Under the pieces are notes generated by a model. The model had not been told where the DNA came from. It did no database searches and worked only from the letters and a program-made list of their open reading frames with translations. DNA of 64,000 nt from an uncultured Chloroflexia bacterium (GTDB lineage: Bacteria; Chloroflexota; Limnocylindria; QHBO01): the NCBI GenBank assembly GCA_963827475.1, contig CAWHAZ010000003.1, positions 1 through 64,000 on the forward strand, read 5' to 3'. How positions within the stretch are numbered: position 1 is the first letter of the stretch; each line of letters starts with the position of its first letter. Position numbers and translations under genes: made by a program. Positions 41,595-50,807 of the stretch are shown here, piece by piece.

Positions 41595-42544
41595 GTGCTC
41601 AACCCTCCTGTCATCTCCGCGACCCGCAGCCGCGCGCTCCGCGCGCGGCGGTTTCGTGCCACCTCCGCCTCCGACGGGCGGATCGCCCGACGCGAGGCCA
41701 GCCGCACCCGGGCCGTGTGGCCACAGGTGCAGACCGGGGGCAGTGGGACCTCGAGACAGTCACGCGCCTCGCGAGCCAGGAAGCGCTTGACGATGCGGTC
41801 CTCCCCGGAGTGGTAGCTGATCACCGCCAGCCGGCCCCCGGGCCGGAGGACGGCGAGTGCCGCTTCCAGACCTTCCTCGAGGACCTCGAGCTCGCGGTTG
41901 ACCGCGATCCGGAGGGCCTGGAAGGTCCTGGTGGCCGGGTGGATCCGTCCTGCATCGGCCCCCCTGGCCGGGACGGTTTCGGCCACCACGGCCGCCAGGT
42001 CGGCCGCCGTCATGAGACGGCCCGACGTACGCGCCGCCACGATCGCCTTCGCGATGCGGCCTGCACGGCGTTCTTCACCAAGCGTCGAGAGGATTCGGGC
42101 GAGCTCTCGCTCCGAGGAGCGGTCGATGAGCTCGAGAGCCGAAACACCACTCGTTTCATCGAATCTCATGTCCGGCGGCGCGTCCGCCGTGAAGGCGAAG
42201 CCGCGCCGCGCGTCGGCGAGCTGGTAGCTCGACAGGCCAAGGTCGAACAGGACGCCGTCGAGGGGGACCATGCCCTCGGCGCGGGCCACGTCTTCGAGGC
42301 GGGTGAAGTTCGCGTGGCGGATGACCGCCCGCTCCCCGAACCGGGCCAGGACGCGGGACGCCTCTCGGACGGCCGCCGCATCGGCATCGAGGCCGAGGAG
42401 GCGGCCGTCCGGAGACACGGCCTCCAGGAGCCGCTCGGCGTGCCCACCGCCACCGACCGTGCAGTCTGCGATGGAGCTGCCGGCACGGAGGGCCAACGAG
42501 GCGAGAACCTCGTCGACGAGGACCGGCAGATGCCCTTCTCCCAT
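41591..42544 (-). CDS. rsmH: 16S rRNA (cytosine1402-N4)-methyltransferase
   Basis: HLPVL, DCTVGGGGH, DLGLSSYQL, HPATRTFQALRIAVNREL, SYHSGEDRIVK, RSARLR. Confidence 0.97.
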   Translation of the reverse strand: MGEGHLPVLVDEVLASLALRAGSSIADCTVGGGGHAERLLEAVSPDGRLLGLDADAAAVREASRVLARFGERAVIRHANFTRLEDVARAEGMVPLDGVLFDLGLSSYQLADARRGFAFTADAPPDMRFDETSGVSALELIDRSSERELARILSTLGEERRAGRIAKAIVAARTSGRLMTAADLAAVVAETVPARGADAGRIHPATRTFQALRIAVNRELEVLEEGLEAALAVLRPGGRLAVISYHSGEDRIVKRFLAREARDCLEVPLPPVCTCGHTARVRLASRRAIRPSEAEVARNRRARSARLRVAEMTGGLST

Positions 42545-42637
42545 TCGCGACTGTCCCTCATGGGTCCGGTGACGGGCCGAGCGGCCCGGAGACGCATGAA
42601 TGGCCGGGTCGTGACGTGCGTCATGGCGTCACGGGGC

Positions 42638-43087
42638 CTAGATCCCGAGGTCCTGCAGCTGCTCCGCCAGCGCCTCGGGCGCGCCCTCGATCCGGGAGCG
42701 GTACGGCTCCCAGGCCGAGGGTGTCCAGATCTCGAGCCGGTTCAGCGCGCCAACCACGACGACCTCCCCCGTCTCCAGGCCGGCGTAGGTCCGGAGGTAC
42801 TGCGGGACCAGGAGGCGACCCTGCTTGTCGAGCTCGGCGTCAACGGCCCCCGACGACATGAACCGGGCGAACTCGCGCGCCTGCGGATTGGTCAAGGGAA
42901 GGGCCCGCAGCTTCTCGGCCAGCTCCTCCCACGCGTCGCGGGGATAGACGGCGATGCAGCTATCGAGCCAGCGGGTGATGGTGGCTCCCGCCGACAGGCG
43001 GGGCCGGAAACGCGACGGGACCGCGACCCGGCCGCGGTCGTCGAGCGCGTGCCGGTACTCGCCGGTCAGGAACGGGGTCCTCTCCAC
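42638..43087 (-). CDS. mraZ: transcriptional regulator MraZ
   Basis: Two DxxGR motifs (LDDRGRVAVP, LDKQGRLLVP), EIW; first gene of the dcw cluster. Confidence 0.97.
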   Translation of the reverse strand: MERTPFLTGEYRHALDDRGRVAVPSRFRPRLSAGATITRWLDSCIAVYPRDAWEELAEKLRALPLTNPQAREFARFMSSGAVDAELDKQGRLLVPQYLRTYAGLETGEVVVVGALNRLEIWTPSAWEPYRSRIEGAPEALAEQLQDLGI

Positions 43088-43098
43088 TCGCTTCCCCT

Positions 43099-43134
43099 AC
43101 CACTGTTCCCCATTTGGCCCCACTTTGAGCCACA
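43099..43134 (-). promoter_or_regulatory. MraZ operator: four direct repeats with 10-bp period
   Basis: Minus-strand TGTGG-N5-AGTGG-N5-AATGG-N5-AGTGG between the promoter and mraZ, matching the known (G/A)TGG repeat array bound by MraZ. Confidence 0.8.
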
Positions 43135-43141
43135 GGGCGCC

Positions 43142-43169
43142 ATCTTACAGGGCATGAGCCTCCCGTCAA
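43142..43169 (-). promoter_or_regulatory. dcw (Pmra) promoter
   Basis: TTGACG (43169-43164), 16 bp, TAAGAT (43147-43142). Confidence 0.65.
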
Positions 43170-44129
43170 GGTGTTTTCCGCACGATTTGCGTGGGCTCGA
43201 CGCCGGCCGGCAACGCCGGCTCTGGGGAGAGGGATTGCCCCTCGGTCAGGTCTCGCTGGGTGGGAGGACCGCGTACCGCAGCGAGCCGTCCGAGCCCGCG
43301 GTACACCTCGCGGATGAGGAACGGGCCGGACTCCCCGCGAATGAACGACCAGTCGGCCAGGCCGCCCAGGGTCTCCTGCCAGTGCAGGAGCCCGTTCGGC
43401 CGCTTCGATGCGCTCGACCGGGCCCTGGCTGACCTGGAGAAGGTCGCGACCTCCTGGTCGAAGATCACCCCGGCGTCACTCACCCGGAACACGACGTAGT
43501 CGCCAGGCGTGACCGTCACCTCGTAGCCGATGAACTCGTCGCCGGGCTCGGGCGTCGGATCGGCGGAGGCGGTGGGAACGGCCGATCCGCCCGTCGTGGC
43601 CGAGGGCGCGACACTGGGCTCGACACTCGGCGTCGAGCGATGGCTCGGGCGTGGGGGTCGGGTTCTGGGCCACGCCGCCCGGGCCGGCGAGGAACCACCA
43701 GGCGCCCACGCCTCCCCCGACCAGGAGCAGGAGCGCCAGCAGGACGACGACGATCCGGCGCCGCCCGCCGTCCTCGGCTGCCGCGGCGGCCACCGGTGGG
43801 GGCGGGGGCGGGGGAACCCGCTGTTGCGGGCGTCGGAGGGCCTCCAGCTCGTCGGTCGGGATGACGAGGACGCCCCGCAGGTAGCGCGGGCAGTTCGCAT
43901 ACCCTCGCTGCAGGCAGACGTTGCGCTGCTGCTCCCCGGACACCGGCTCTGGCTCGCCGAAGGCGTAGCAGCGGTGGTCGTCGGTCGCCTGGGCCTCGTA
44001 CTCGGACCGATCGGCGGCCAGCCCGAGGAACGGACACACCGTCTCCGGCCGGAGGGCCAGCTTCTCGAACAGCGCCTGCCGCTCGGCATCGGCCGTCGAC
44101 GGCGCGGGCTTTTCGCCCCGCCTGAACAT
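43166..44129 (-). CDS. bitopic membrane protein with N-terminal 4-Cys domain; frameshift near 43630
   Basis: CPFLG..DHRCY..QQRNVCL..YANCPRY, Pro-rich linker, TM segment; the S/T/P linker and extracellular part continue in ORF 43166..44089. The true 3' end is uncertain. Confidence 0.65.
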
Positions 44130-44243
44130 GAGTCGAGGATAGCGCCCCGCGCGGTTCGGCTCGACGGGTCGGGCGACGTGACCCGCCATGGTACGAACGC
44201 GCCATTGAGGCTGACCCTATCGGCCGCGCAGGCTCAGAGCCTC

Positions 44244-44480
44244 ATGGCGGTCGAACGCAGCGACGCGCCACAGCGGACCTTGATTCCTCGCGCCGGACAG
44301 ATCCGTCGCTGCAGCGTGCGGCATGTGGCGATCATCCAGGTTCCCGGGGGGCGCGACGTGCAGGTCAGCTGCCTGCTGGGAGGCCCCGAGCATCCGCTGT
44401 CGCTCGGCACGTTCGTCGAGGCCCGCCCGATCTGCAACGCCTGCACGGCCAGGGGGATCTGGCGCGCCGACGAGGACTGA
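44244..44480 (+). CDS. small Cys-containing hypothetical protein (78 aa)
   Basis: MAVERSDAPQRTLIPRAGQIRRCSVRH...VSCLLG...PICNACTARGIWRADED; fills the gap before rnpB; C...C...CxxC pattern. Confidence 0.6.
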   Translation: MAVERSDAPQRTLIPRAGQIRRCSVRHVAIIQVPGGRDVQVSCLLGGPEHPLSLGTFVEARPICNACTARGIWRADED

Positions 44481-44488
44481 GGGGCGAA

Positions 44489-44803
44489 GTCCTGGAGGCG
44501 GCCTGTAAGCCGAGTTCTGTCCCGGACCGAGGTCCGGTGACGGCCATCCATCTGGGCGACCTACCCGAGGGCTGAGCGAGCCACCTGCCGCGACCCGAAG
44601 GTCGCCGCGCCCTCCTATTCGGTCTTGCTCCGGCTCGAGCTTGCCCGTTTCACTCCCGCTTGCGCGGGCATCGTCACTGTGGCGCTGGTCCTCGCCTCAC
44701 GGCGGACGGGTGTTACCCGCGAGCCTGCTCTATGGAGCTCGGACTTTCCTCGAACGCCGCCTTTCGGCGATTGCGTCCGCGGCCGTCCGGCCGCCTCCAG
44801 GAC
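44489..44803 (-). ncRNA. rnpB: RNase P RNA
   Basis: Universal GAGGAAAGTCC and ACAGAACTCGGCTTA motifs, 15-bp terminal P1 helix, AGCGCCACAG, GTGAAAC, GGAGCAAG; TAGACT -10 at 44813-44808. Confidence 0.97.
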
Positions 44804-44810
44804 CCTGAGT

Positions 44811-45227
44811 CTAGACCGATCCCCCCGGTCCGTCGATCGCCACGTTGCTGAGCCGATCCGCGTCCAGGTTCCGCTCGCGCGGCACGTGACCGACGGTGTA
44901 GGCCGACAGCTCGCGGAGCATGGCCATCACCCGGGCGTGGATCGGCTTGAGGTCGGGATGCTTGACCCTGTAGCGCCCGGCGATCTGGCGCGCCACCAGC
45001 TCGGAGTCCGTTCGGAGATCCACCGCGTCGGCGCCGAGCCGTCGCGCCTCCAGCAGGGCGAGCTCGACCGCGGTCCACTCGGCGTAGTTGTTGGTCCGGA
45101 CGCCGAGGAACTCGGCGATCTCGGCCACCGTCTCCCGCGTCTCGGCGTCCTGCAGCAGCGCGCCGGCGCCGGCCGGACCGGGGTTGCCGCGGGCGGCGCC
45201 GTCGGTGTGGATCAGCAGGCGGCTCAA
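44811..45227 (-). CDS. rnhA: ribonuclease HI (short type lacking the basic protrusion)
   Basis: TDGAARGNPGPAGAG, TNNYAE, TDSELV, HVPRERNLDADRLSN; TTG overlaps the sdhB stop. Confidence 0.92.
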   Translation of the reverse strand: MSRLLIHTDGAARGNPGPAGAGALLQDAETRETVAEIAEFLGVRTNNYAEWTAVELALLEARRLGADAVDLRTDSELVARQIAGRYRVKHPDLKPIHARVMAMLRELSAYTVGHVPRERNLDADRLSNVAIDGPGGSV

Positions 45228-45925
45228 GCCGGGCGGTCCTCGATGGCCTGGGTCACCTCGAGGATGGCGCGGGTGACGTTGATGCCCCTGGGGCAGGCCT
45301 CGACGCAGTTGAACACGGTCCGGCAGCGCCAGACCCCGTCGGCATCGGCCATGAGCTCCAGCCGCTCCGCGTGGGCGGTGTCCCGACTGTCGAAGATGAA
45401 CCGATGGGCGTTCACGATGGCGGCGGGGCCCACGTAGTCGGGGTTCGTCCAGAACACCGGGCAGGCGGTGGTGCAGGCGGCGCACAGGATGCAGCGGCTG
45501 GTGTCCTCGTACTTCGCGCGGTCGAACGGCGACTGGCGGCGCTCCAGGCCGTCGGCCGGGATCTCGTCGTTCACCAGGAACGGCATCGCGTCGCGGTACT
45601 TGGCCCAGAAGCCCTCCTGGTCCACGAGCAGGTCCTTGACCACCGGCAGCCCGCGCATCGGCTCGACCTCGATGCGTGCGCCGGCATCCCGGACGAGGAC
45701 CGCGCATGCAAGCCGGTTGCGGCCGTTGATGAGCATCGCGTCGGAGCCGCACACCCCGTGGGCGCAGGAGCGGCGGAAGGTCAGCGTCCCGTCCTGGTAC
45801 CACTTCACCTGGTGCAGCAGGTCGAGCACCCGGTCGCTGGGATCGGCCTCGAGGTCGTACGACTCCCAGTGGGGCTCGGCGTCGGCCTCCGGGTTGAAGC
45901 GGCGGATGCGGAGCGCGACCTGCAT
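45224..45925 (-). CDS. sdhB: succinate dehydrogenase iron-sulfur subunit
   Basis: RSCAHGVCGSDA, CILCAACTTACP, CRTVFNCVEACP. Confidence 0.96.
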   Translation of the reverse strand: MQVALRIRRFNPEADAEPHWESYDLEADPSDRVLDLLHQVKWYQDGTLTFRRSCAHGVCGSDAMLINGRNRLACAVLVRDAGARIEVEPMRGLPVVKDLLVDQEGFWAKYRDAMPFLVNDEIPADGLERRQSPFDRAKYEDTSRCILCAACTTACPVFWTNPDYVGPAAIVNAHRFIFDSRDTAHAERLELMADADGVWRCRTVFNCVEACPRGINVTRAILEVTQAIEDRPA

Positions 45926-45928
45926 CGG

Positions 45929-47719
45929 TCAGTACACCCGGGGCGCCGGCGCGAACTCGGTCACCGTCACTGCCTTGTAGGTGAGGGCGACCTTCCCGTT
46001 CGGCTGCCGCGTCGCCATCGTGTGCCGCATCCAGGCCTCGTCGTCGCGGTCGGGGAAGTCCTCGCGGGCGTGCGCCCCACGGCTCTCGGTCCGGGCCTCG
46101 GCCGAGACGACCATCGCCTCCGCGCAGTCGAGCAGGAACCCGAGCTCGAGGGCATCGGTGAGGTCGGTGTTGTACCGGCTGCCGTGGTCATCGAGGCGCA
46201 GGTTGCGGGCGCGCTCGCGGAGCCCGGCGACGCCGGAGCGAGCCGCCGCCAGGCCGGCGGCCGAGCGGTACACGCCGCAGTCGCGGAACATCAGCTCCCG
46301 GAGGTCCGTCCGCAGCGTCGCCGGCCGCTCGCCACGGTCGCCGGCCAGCAGGTCGGCGAGCCCCGCGGTCGCACGCGCCTCCGCCTCCAGGTCGCGGGCC
46401 GGCGGCGGGGCGTCGCGGAAAGCATCGGTCATCGCCATCCCGGCCCGCCGGCCGAAGACGAGGATGTCGAGCAGCGAGTTCGTGCCCAGCCGGTTCGCGC
46501 CGTGGACGCTGACGCAGGCGCACTCCCCCGCCGCGTAGAAGCCTTCCACCAGCGTGCCATCGGCATCGGCCAGGACCCGGCCGTCGACATCGGTCGGGAT
46601 GCCGCCCATGGCGTAGTGGGCGGTCGGCTGGATCGGCACCAGGTCGGTGAGCGGTTCGAGCCCGAAGTAGGTCCGGATGAAGCCAGCCATGTCCGGCAGC
46701 TTGCGATCGAGGATTTCGCGGCCGAGGTGGCGAACATCGAGGTGGACGAAGTCCTGGCCGTTCACTCCACGCCCGGCCGCCACCTCCTGGTAGATGCTCC
46801 GGCTCACCACGTCGCGGCTGGCGAGGTCCTTCATCGTCGGCGCGTAGCGTTCCATGAACCGGTCCCCCTCACCATTGAGCAGGATCCCGCCCTCGCCCCG
46901 CATCGCCTCCGACAGCAGGAACCCGAGGCGGTACATACCGGTCGGGTGGAACTGGTAGAACTCCATGTCCTCGACCGGGATCCCCCGCCGGTACGCGATC
47001 GCCACCCCGTCTCCGGTCAGGGTGTGGGCGTTGGACGTGACCTTGTAGACCATGCCGAAGCCACCGGTCGCGAACAGGACGGCGGGGGCGAGGAACGCGG
47101 TCAGCTCTCCGGTCGCCAGCTGGATGGCAAGCACGCCGCTGACCCGTCCCCCTGGACCGTCGGGCATGAGCAGGTCGAGGACCTGGTACTCGTCGAAGAA
47201 CGTCACCTCGTGGCGGATGCACTGCTGATAGAGGGTCTGGAGGATGGCGTGCCCGGTCCGGTCCGCGGAGTAGCAGGAACGGCGGACCGGCGCCTCCCCG
47301 TGGTTGCGGGAGTGGCCGCCAAACCGGCGCTGGTCGATCAGGCCCTCTGGCGTGCGGTCGAACGGCAGCCCGAGATGCTCGAGGTCGCGGATGGTCTGCA
47401 CCGCGTCGCGACACATCACCTCTGCCGCGTCCTGGTCAACGAGATAGTCCCCGCCCTTGACCGTGTCCCACCAATGCCACTCCCAGTGGTCTTCCTCGGT
47501 GTTGCCCAGGGCGGCGCACACGCCGCCCTGGGCGGCGCCGGTGTGGGAGCGGGTCGGGTACAGCTTCGAGACGACACCGATCCGGCCTGCCTCGCCCAGT
47601 CCCCGCTTCAGCTCCAGGGCGGCATACAGGCCGGCGCCGCCGGCCCCCACCACCACCGCGTCGAGGACGTGGATGCGAGGCGCGGCCGCCGGGCCGCGCC
47701 CGACCATCGGTACGCTCAT
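45929..47719 (-). CDS. sdhA: succinate dehydrogenase flavoprotein subunit
   Basis: GAGGAG, RSHTGAAQGG (FAD-His), QFHPTG, HYAMGG, HGANRLGTNSL, RTESRGAH. Confidence 0.96.
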   Translation of the reverse strand: MSVPMVGRGPAAAPRIHVLDAVVVGAGGAGLYAALELKRGLGEAGRIGVVSKLYPTRSHTGAAQGGVCAALGNTEEDHWEWHWWDTVKGGDYLVDQDAAEVMCRDAVQTIRDLEHLGLPFDRTPEGLIDQRRFGGHSRNHGEAPVRRSCYSADRTGHAILQTLYQQCIRHEVTFFDEYQVLDLLMPDGPGGRVSGVLAIQLATGELTAFLAPAVLFATGGFGMVYKVTSNAHTLTGDGVAIAYRRGIPVEDMEFYQFHPTGMYRLGFLLSEAMRGEGGILLNGEGDRFMERYAPTMKDLASRDVVSRSIYQEVAAGRGVNGQDFVHLDVRHLGREILDRKLPDMAGFIRTYFGLEPLTDLVPIQPTAHYAMGGIPTDVDGRVLADADGTLVEGFYAAGECACVSVHGANRLGTNSLLDILVFGRRAGMAMTDAFRDAPPPARDLEAEARATAGLADLLAGDRGERPATLRTDLRELMFRDCGVYRSAAGLAAARSGVAGLRERARNLRLDDHGSRYNTDLTDALELGFLLDCAEAMVVSAEARTESRGAHAREDFPDRDDEAWMRHTMATRQPNGKVALTYKAVTVTEFAPAPRVY

Positions 47720-47729
47720 GCCACTGCGC

Positions 47730-48170
47730 TCACGAGAACGGGCCGACGGCGGGCGCCCCTTCTGGGTTGAAGAACACGACCACCAGCAGGCCCAGGAGGA
47801 GCCAGGCCACGGCCAGCAGCCCGAGACCGGCGACGAGGAGGTTGCGGATGCCGCCACGCGGCACGAGGTCGGTGATGACCACCCGCGCGCCATTTACCCC
47901 ATGCACCAGTGCCAGGACGAGGAGCAGCGCGTCGTAGATCCGCCAGAACGGCGTTCCCCAGCGGCTGGTCACGAACGCGAAGTTCACCTCCTGCCCGGCG
48001 AGCTGCACGAGCACGTGCATGATCAGCATGTGGCCGAGGGCCAGGATCACGAGGGCCAGCCCGCTGAGCCGCATGAACCACCACCAGAATCGCTCGCGCC
48101 GCGTGCCGGTCGGCGGGCCCGATCGCGGCGCGGGCGGGTTGCCGAGCCAAACCGTGCGTCCGATGCTCAC
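47730..48170 (-). CDS. sdhD: succinate dehydrogenase membrane anchor
   Basis: WFMRLSG, LGHMLIMH, LVHGVNG; three TM segments; GTG overlaps the sdhC stop. Confidence 0.88.
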   Translation of the reverse strand: MSIGRTVWLGNPPAPRSGPPTGTRRERFWWWFMRLSGLALVILALGHMLIMHVLVQLAGQEVNFAFVTSRWGTPFWRIYDALLLVLALVHGVNGARVVITDLVPRGGIRNLLVAGLGLLAVAWLLLGLLVVVFFNPEGAPAVGPFS

Positions 48171-48574
48171 GGGCTGCCCCACGGGGCGAACGGCGCGAAC
48201 ATCACCATCGCCAGCGGCACCATTGCCACCACCGTGGCGATGACGACGCCATAGGTCAGCGGCCGATACCACGCGGTGGCGGCCGGCACGAAGTCGATGA
48301 GGATGATCTTCAGCCCGTTGAGGGAGTGGTACACGAGCGCCGCCATGAGGAGGATCTCGAGGGCGCGGATGACCGGGTTGCGGAAGAAGCCGAGGGTCGT
48401 GTCGTACGCCGCCGGGCCGACAAGCACCATCGAGGTCTCGACGATGTGCATGAACAGGTAGAGGAGGACGCCGATCCCCGACAGCCGATGCCCGAACCAC
48501 GCCAGCTGGGCCCAGCTGACCCGGTAGCGGACCACGCGCGACTGGGCCTGGGCCAGCCTCGACCCGACGGTCAT
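48167..48574 (-). CDS. sdhC: succinate dehydrogenase cytochrome b subunit
   Basis: HRLSG, FMHI, YHSLNGLKIILID. Confidence 0.9.
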   Translation of the reverse strand: MTVGSRLAQAQSRVVRYRVSWAQLAWFGHRLSGIGVLLYLFMHIVETSMVLVGPAAYDTTLGFFRNPVIRALEILLMAALVYHSLNGLKIILIDFVPAATAWYRPLTYGVVIATVVAMVPLAMVMFAPFAPWGSP

Positions 48575-49593
48575 GCGGCTGCCCGCAGCGCCTGGACCCG
48601 GTCGGCCACGGCCTGCCCGTACGCCCGCGTGCCGGCCGAGCCGCCGAGGTCGACGGTGATGACCTTCCCCTCGCCGATGACATCACGGACCGCCGCCTCG
48701 ACCGCAGCGCCGGCGTCGGTCTCGCCGATGTGACGCAGCAGCAGGGCACCCGACAGGATCAGCGCGGTGGGGTTGGCTCGATCCTGGCCGGCGTACTTCG
48801 GCGCGGAGCCGTGGACGGCTTCGAACACCGCCGCCACCTCACCGATGTTCGCGCCCGGCGCGACGCCCAGCCCGCCGACCAGGCCCGCCGCGAGGTCGCT
48901 GATGATGTCGCCGTACAGATTGGGGGCGACGAGCACGTCGTAGGCCTCCGGCTTCTGGACCAGCTGCATGCACATGTTGTCGACGATCCGGTCCTGGAAA
49001 GCGATCCGCCCCTCGTAGTCGGCCGCCACCCGACGGCAGCTCTCGAGGAAGAGCCCATCGGTCAGCTTCATGATGTTCGCCTTGTGGACCGCAGTCACCA
49101 CCGAGCGTCCGTTGGCCACGGCGTATTCGAATGCGTAGCGGGCAATTCGCTCTGACGCGCCGCGGGTGATGACCTTGATGCTCTCCGCCTCGTCGTCACT
49201 CACGGACCGCTCGATCCCGGCGTACAGGTCCTCGGTGTTCTCGCGGACGATGACCAGGTCGACGTCCGCATAGCGCGACTGGACCCCGACGATGCTCCGC
49301 GCCGGGCGGACGTTCGCGTACAGGGCCAGGGCCTGGCGGAGCGCGACGTTCACGCTGCGGAAGCCGGTGCCGACCGGGGTCGTGATCGGGCCCTTCAGGG
49401 CGACGCGCGTCCGCCGGATGCTCTCGACCACGCGGTCGGGCAGCGGGTTGCCCTCGCTGGTGAGCGTCGCCTCCCCGGCGACCTGCTCGTCCCAGCTGAA
49501 GGCGAGCCCGGTGGCTTCCAGCACCTCGCGCGCGGCGGCGGCGATCTCCGGACCGATCCCGTCACCCGGGATCAGCGTCACCTCGTAGGCCAT
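48571..49593 (-). CDS. icd: isocitrate/isopropylmalate dehydrogenase family, probably isocitrate dehydrogenase
   Basis: IPGDGIGPE, LKGPITTP, SVNVALR, RENTEDLY, HKANIMK, NLYGDIISD, EAVHGSAP; coupled to sdhC. Confidence 0.85.
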   Translation of the reverse strand: MAYEVTLIPGDGIGPEIAAAAREVLEATGLAFSWDEQVAGEATLTSEGNPLPDRVVESIRRTRVALKGPITTPVGTGFRSVNVALRQALALYANVRPARSIVGVQSRYADVDLVIVRENTEDLYAGIERSVSDDEAESIKVITRGASERIARYAFEYAVANGRSVVTAVHKANIMKLTDGLFLESCRRVAADYEGRIAFQDRIVDNMCMQLVQKPEAYDVLVAPNLYGDIISDLAAGLVGGLGVAPGANIGEVAAVFEAVHGSAPKYAGQDRANPTALILSGALLLRHIGETDAGAAVEAAVRDVIGEGKVITVDLGGSAGTRAYGQAVADRVQALRAAA

Positions 49594-49667
49594 CGGCCCA
49601 AGTGTAGGCAGGCGGGGCCGCGTCCGGTGGCGGTCGGCCACGGGACGCGTCGGGTACGCTCGGGGTC

Positions 49668-50807
49668 GTGAAGCTGCAGGAGTACCGGAGCAAGGAGATC
49701 CTTGCCCGGCACGGCATTCCGACCCTCCCCGGGGAGGTCGTCGCCACCCCGGCCGAGGCGCGCCTGGCGGCGGAGCGGCTCGCGGTCCCGGTCGTGGTCA
49801 AAGCTCAGGTCCTCGCCGGCGGGCGGGGCAAGGCCGGCGGGGTGAAGCTCGCGGCCGACCCGGGCGAAGCGGAGGCCCGGGCGGCGGAGATCCTCGGCCT
49901 GCTGATCGCCGGCGGTCCCGTCCGGCGAGTGCTCGTCACGCCGGCCGTGGACATCGCTGCCGAGTACTACCTCGCCCTCGTCCTCGATCGGGGCGCGAAG
50001 GCGGTGACGGTCATCGCCAGCGCCGAGGGCGGTATCGAGATCGAGGAGGTCGCCCACACCAACCCGGATGCGATCCTGCGCCACCTCCTCGACCCGCTGG
50101 CGGGGCTCCGACCCTCCGACGTCGCCGCGGTCGATGCGTTCCTCGCCCTGCCCGAGGTGCATCGGCCCGCCTTCGCCTCCCTCCTCGAGGGCCTCGCCGC
50201 GGCCTTCTTCGACACCGACGCCGAGCTGGCCGAGGTCAACCCGATGGCCATAACCGCCGACGGGCGTCTGCTCGCCCTCGACGCGAAGATGGTCGTCGAC
50301 GACTCCGCGCTCCCCCGTCACCCCGACGTGGAGGCCATGCGCGACCTGTCGGAGGAAGAGCCCGCCGAGATCGCCGCGCGCGAGGCCGGGATCAGCTACA
50401 TCAAGCTCGACGGCACGATTGGCTGCATGGTGAACGGCGCCGGCCTGGCGATGACCACCATGGACCTCGTCAAGCTGGCCGGCGGCGAGCCGGCAAACTT
50501 CCTCGACATCGGGGGCGGGGCCCGTCACGAGAAGGTCGCGGAGGCGTTCCGGATCATCCTCGCCGACACGAACGTGCGCGCGGTCCTGATCAACATCTTC
50601 GGCGGAATCACCCGTGGCGACGAGGTGGCCCACGGCATCGTCGAGGCCCGGGCCGGCCTGGAGCGCGAGGTACCGATGGTGGTGCGCATCGTCGGCACCA
50701 ACGCCGACGAGGCGGCACTCATCCTCGAACAGGCCAACCTGCAGACGGCCTACAGCCTGGATGAGGCCGCCGAGCTGGCGGTCGCCGCGGCGGGAGCCAC
50801 CGCGTGA
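49668..50807 (+). CDS. sucC: succinyl-CoA synthetase beta subunit
   Basis: [46 protein letters not shown]. Confidence 0.97.
   Translation: MKLQEYRSKEILARHGIPTLPGEVVATPAEARLAAERLAVPVVVKAQVLAGGRGKAGGVKLAADPGEAEARAAEILGLLIAGGPVRRVLVTPAVDIAAEYYLALVLDRGAKAVTVIASAEGGIEIEEVAHTNPDAILRHLLDPLAGLRPSDVAAVDAFLALPEVHRPAFASLLEGLAAAFFDTDAELAEVNPMAITADGRLLALDAKMVVDDSALPRHPDVEAMRDLSEEEPAEIAAREAGISYIKLDGTIGCMVNGAGLAMTTMDLVKLAGGEPANFLDIGGGARHEKVAEAFRIILADTNVRAVLINIFGGITRGDEVAHGIVEARAGLEREVPMVVRIVGTNADEAALILEQANLQTAYSLDEAAELAVAAAGATA

Noticed and set aside
25763-43432. Very long plus-strand ORFs (25763..28207, 36530..39172, 39127..41157, 40991..43432) and similar ones elsewhere
   Set aside because: Antisense shadows of well-supported genes, expected from stop-codon scarcity at high GC; no recognisable motifs.
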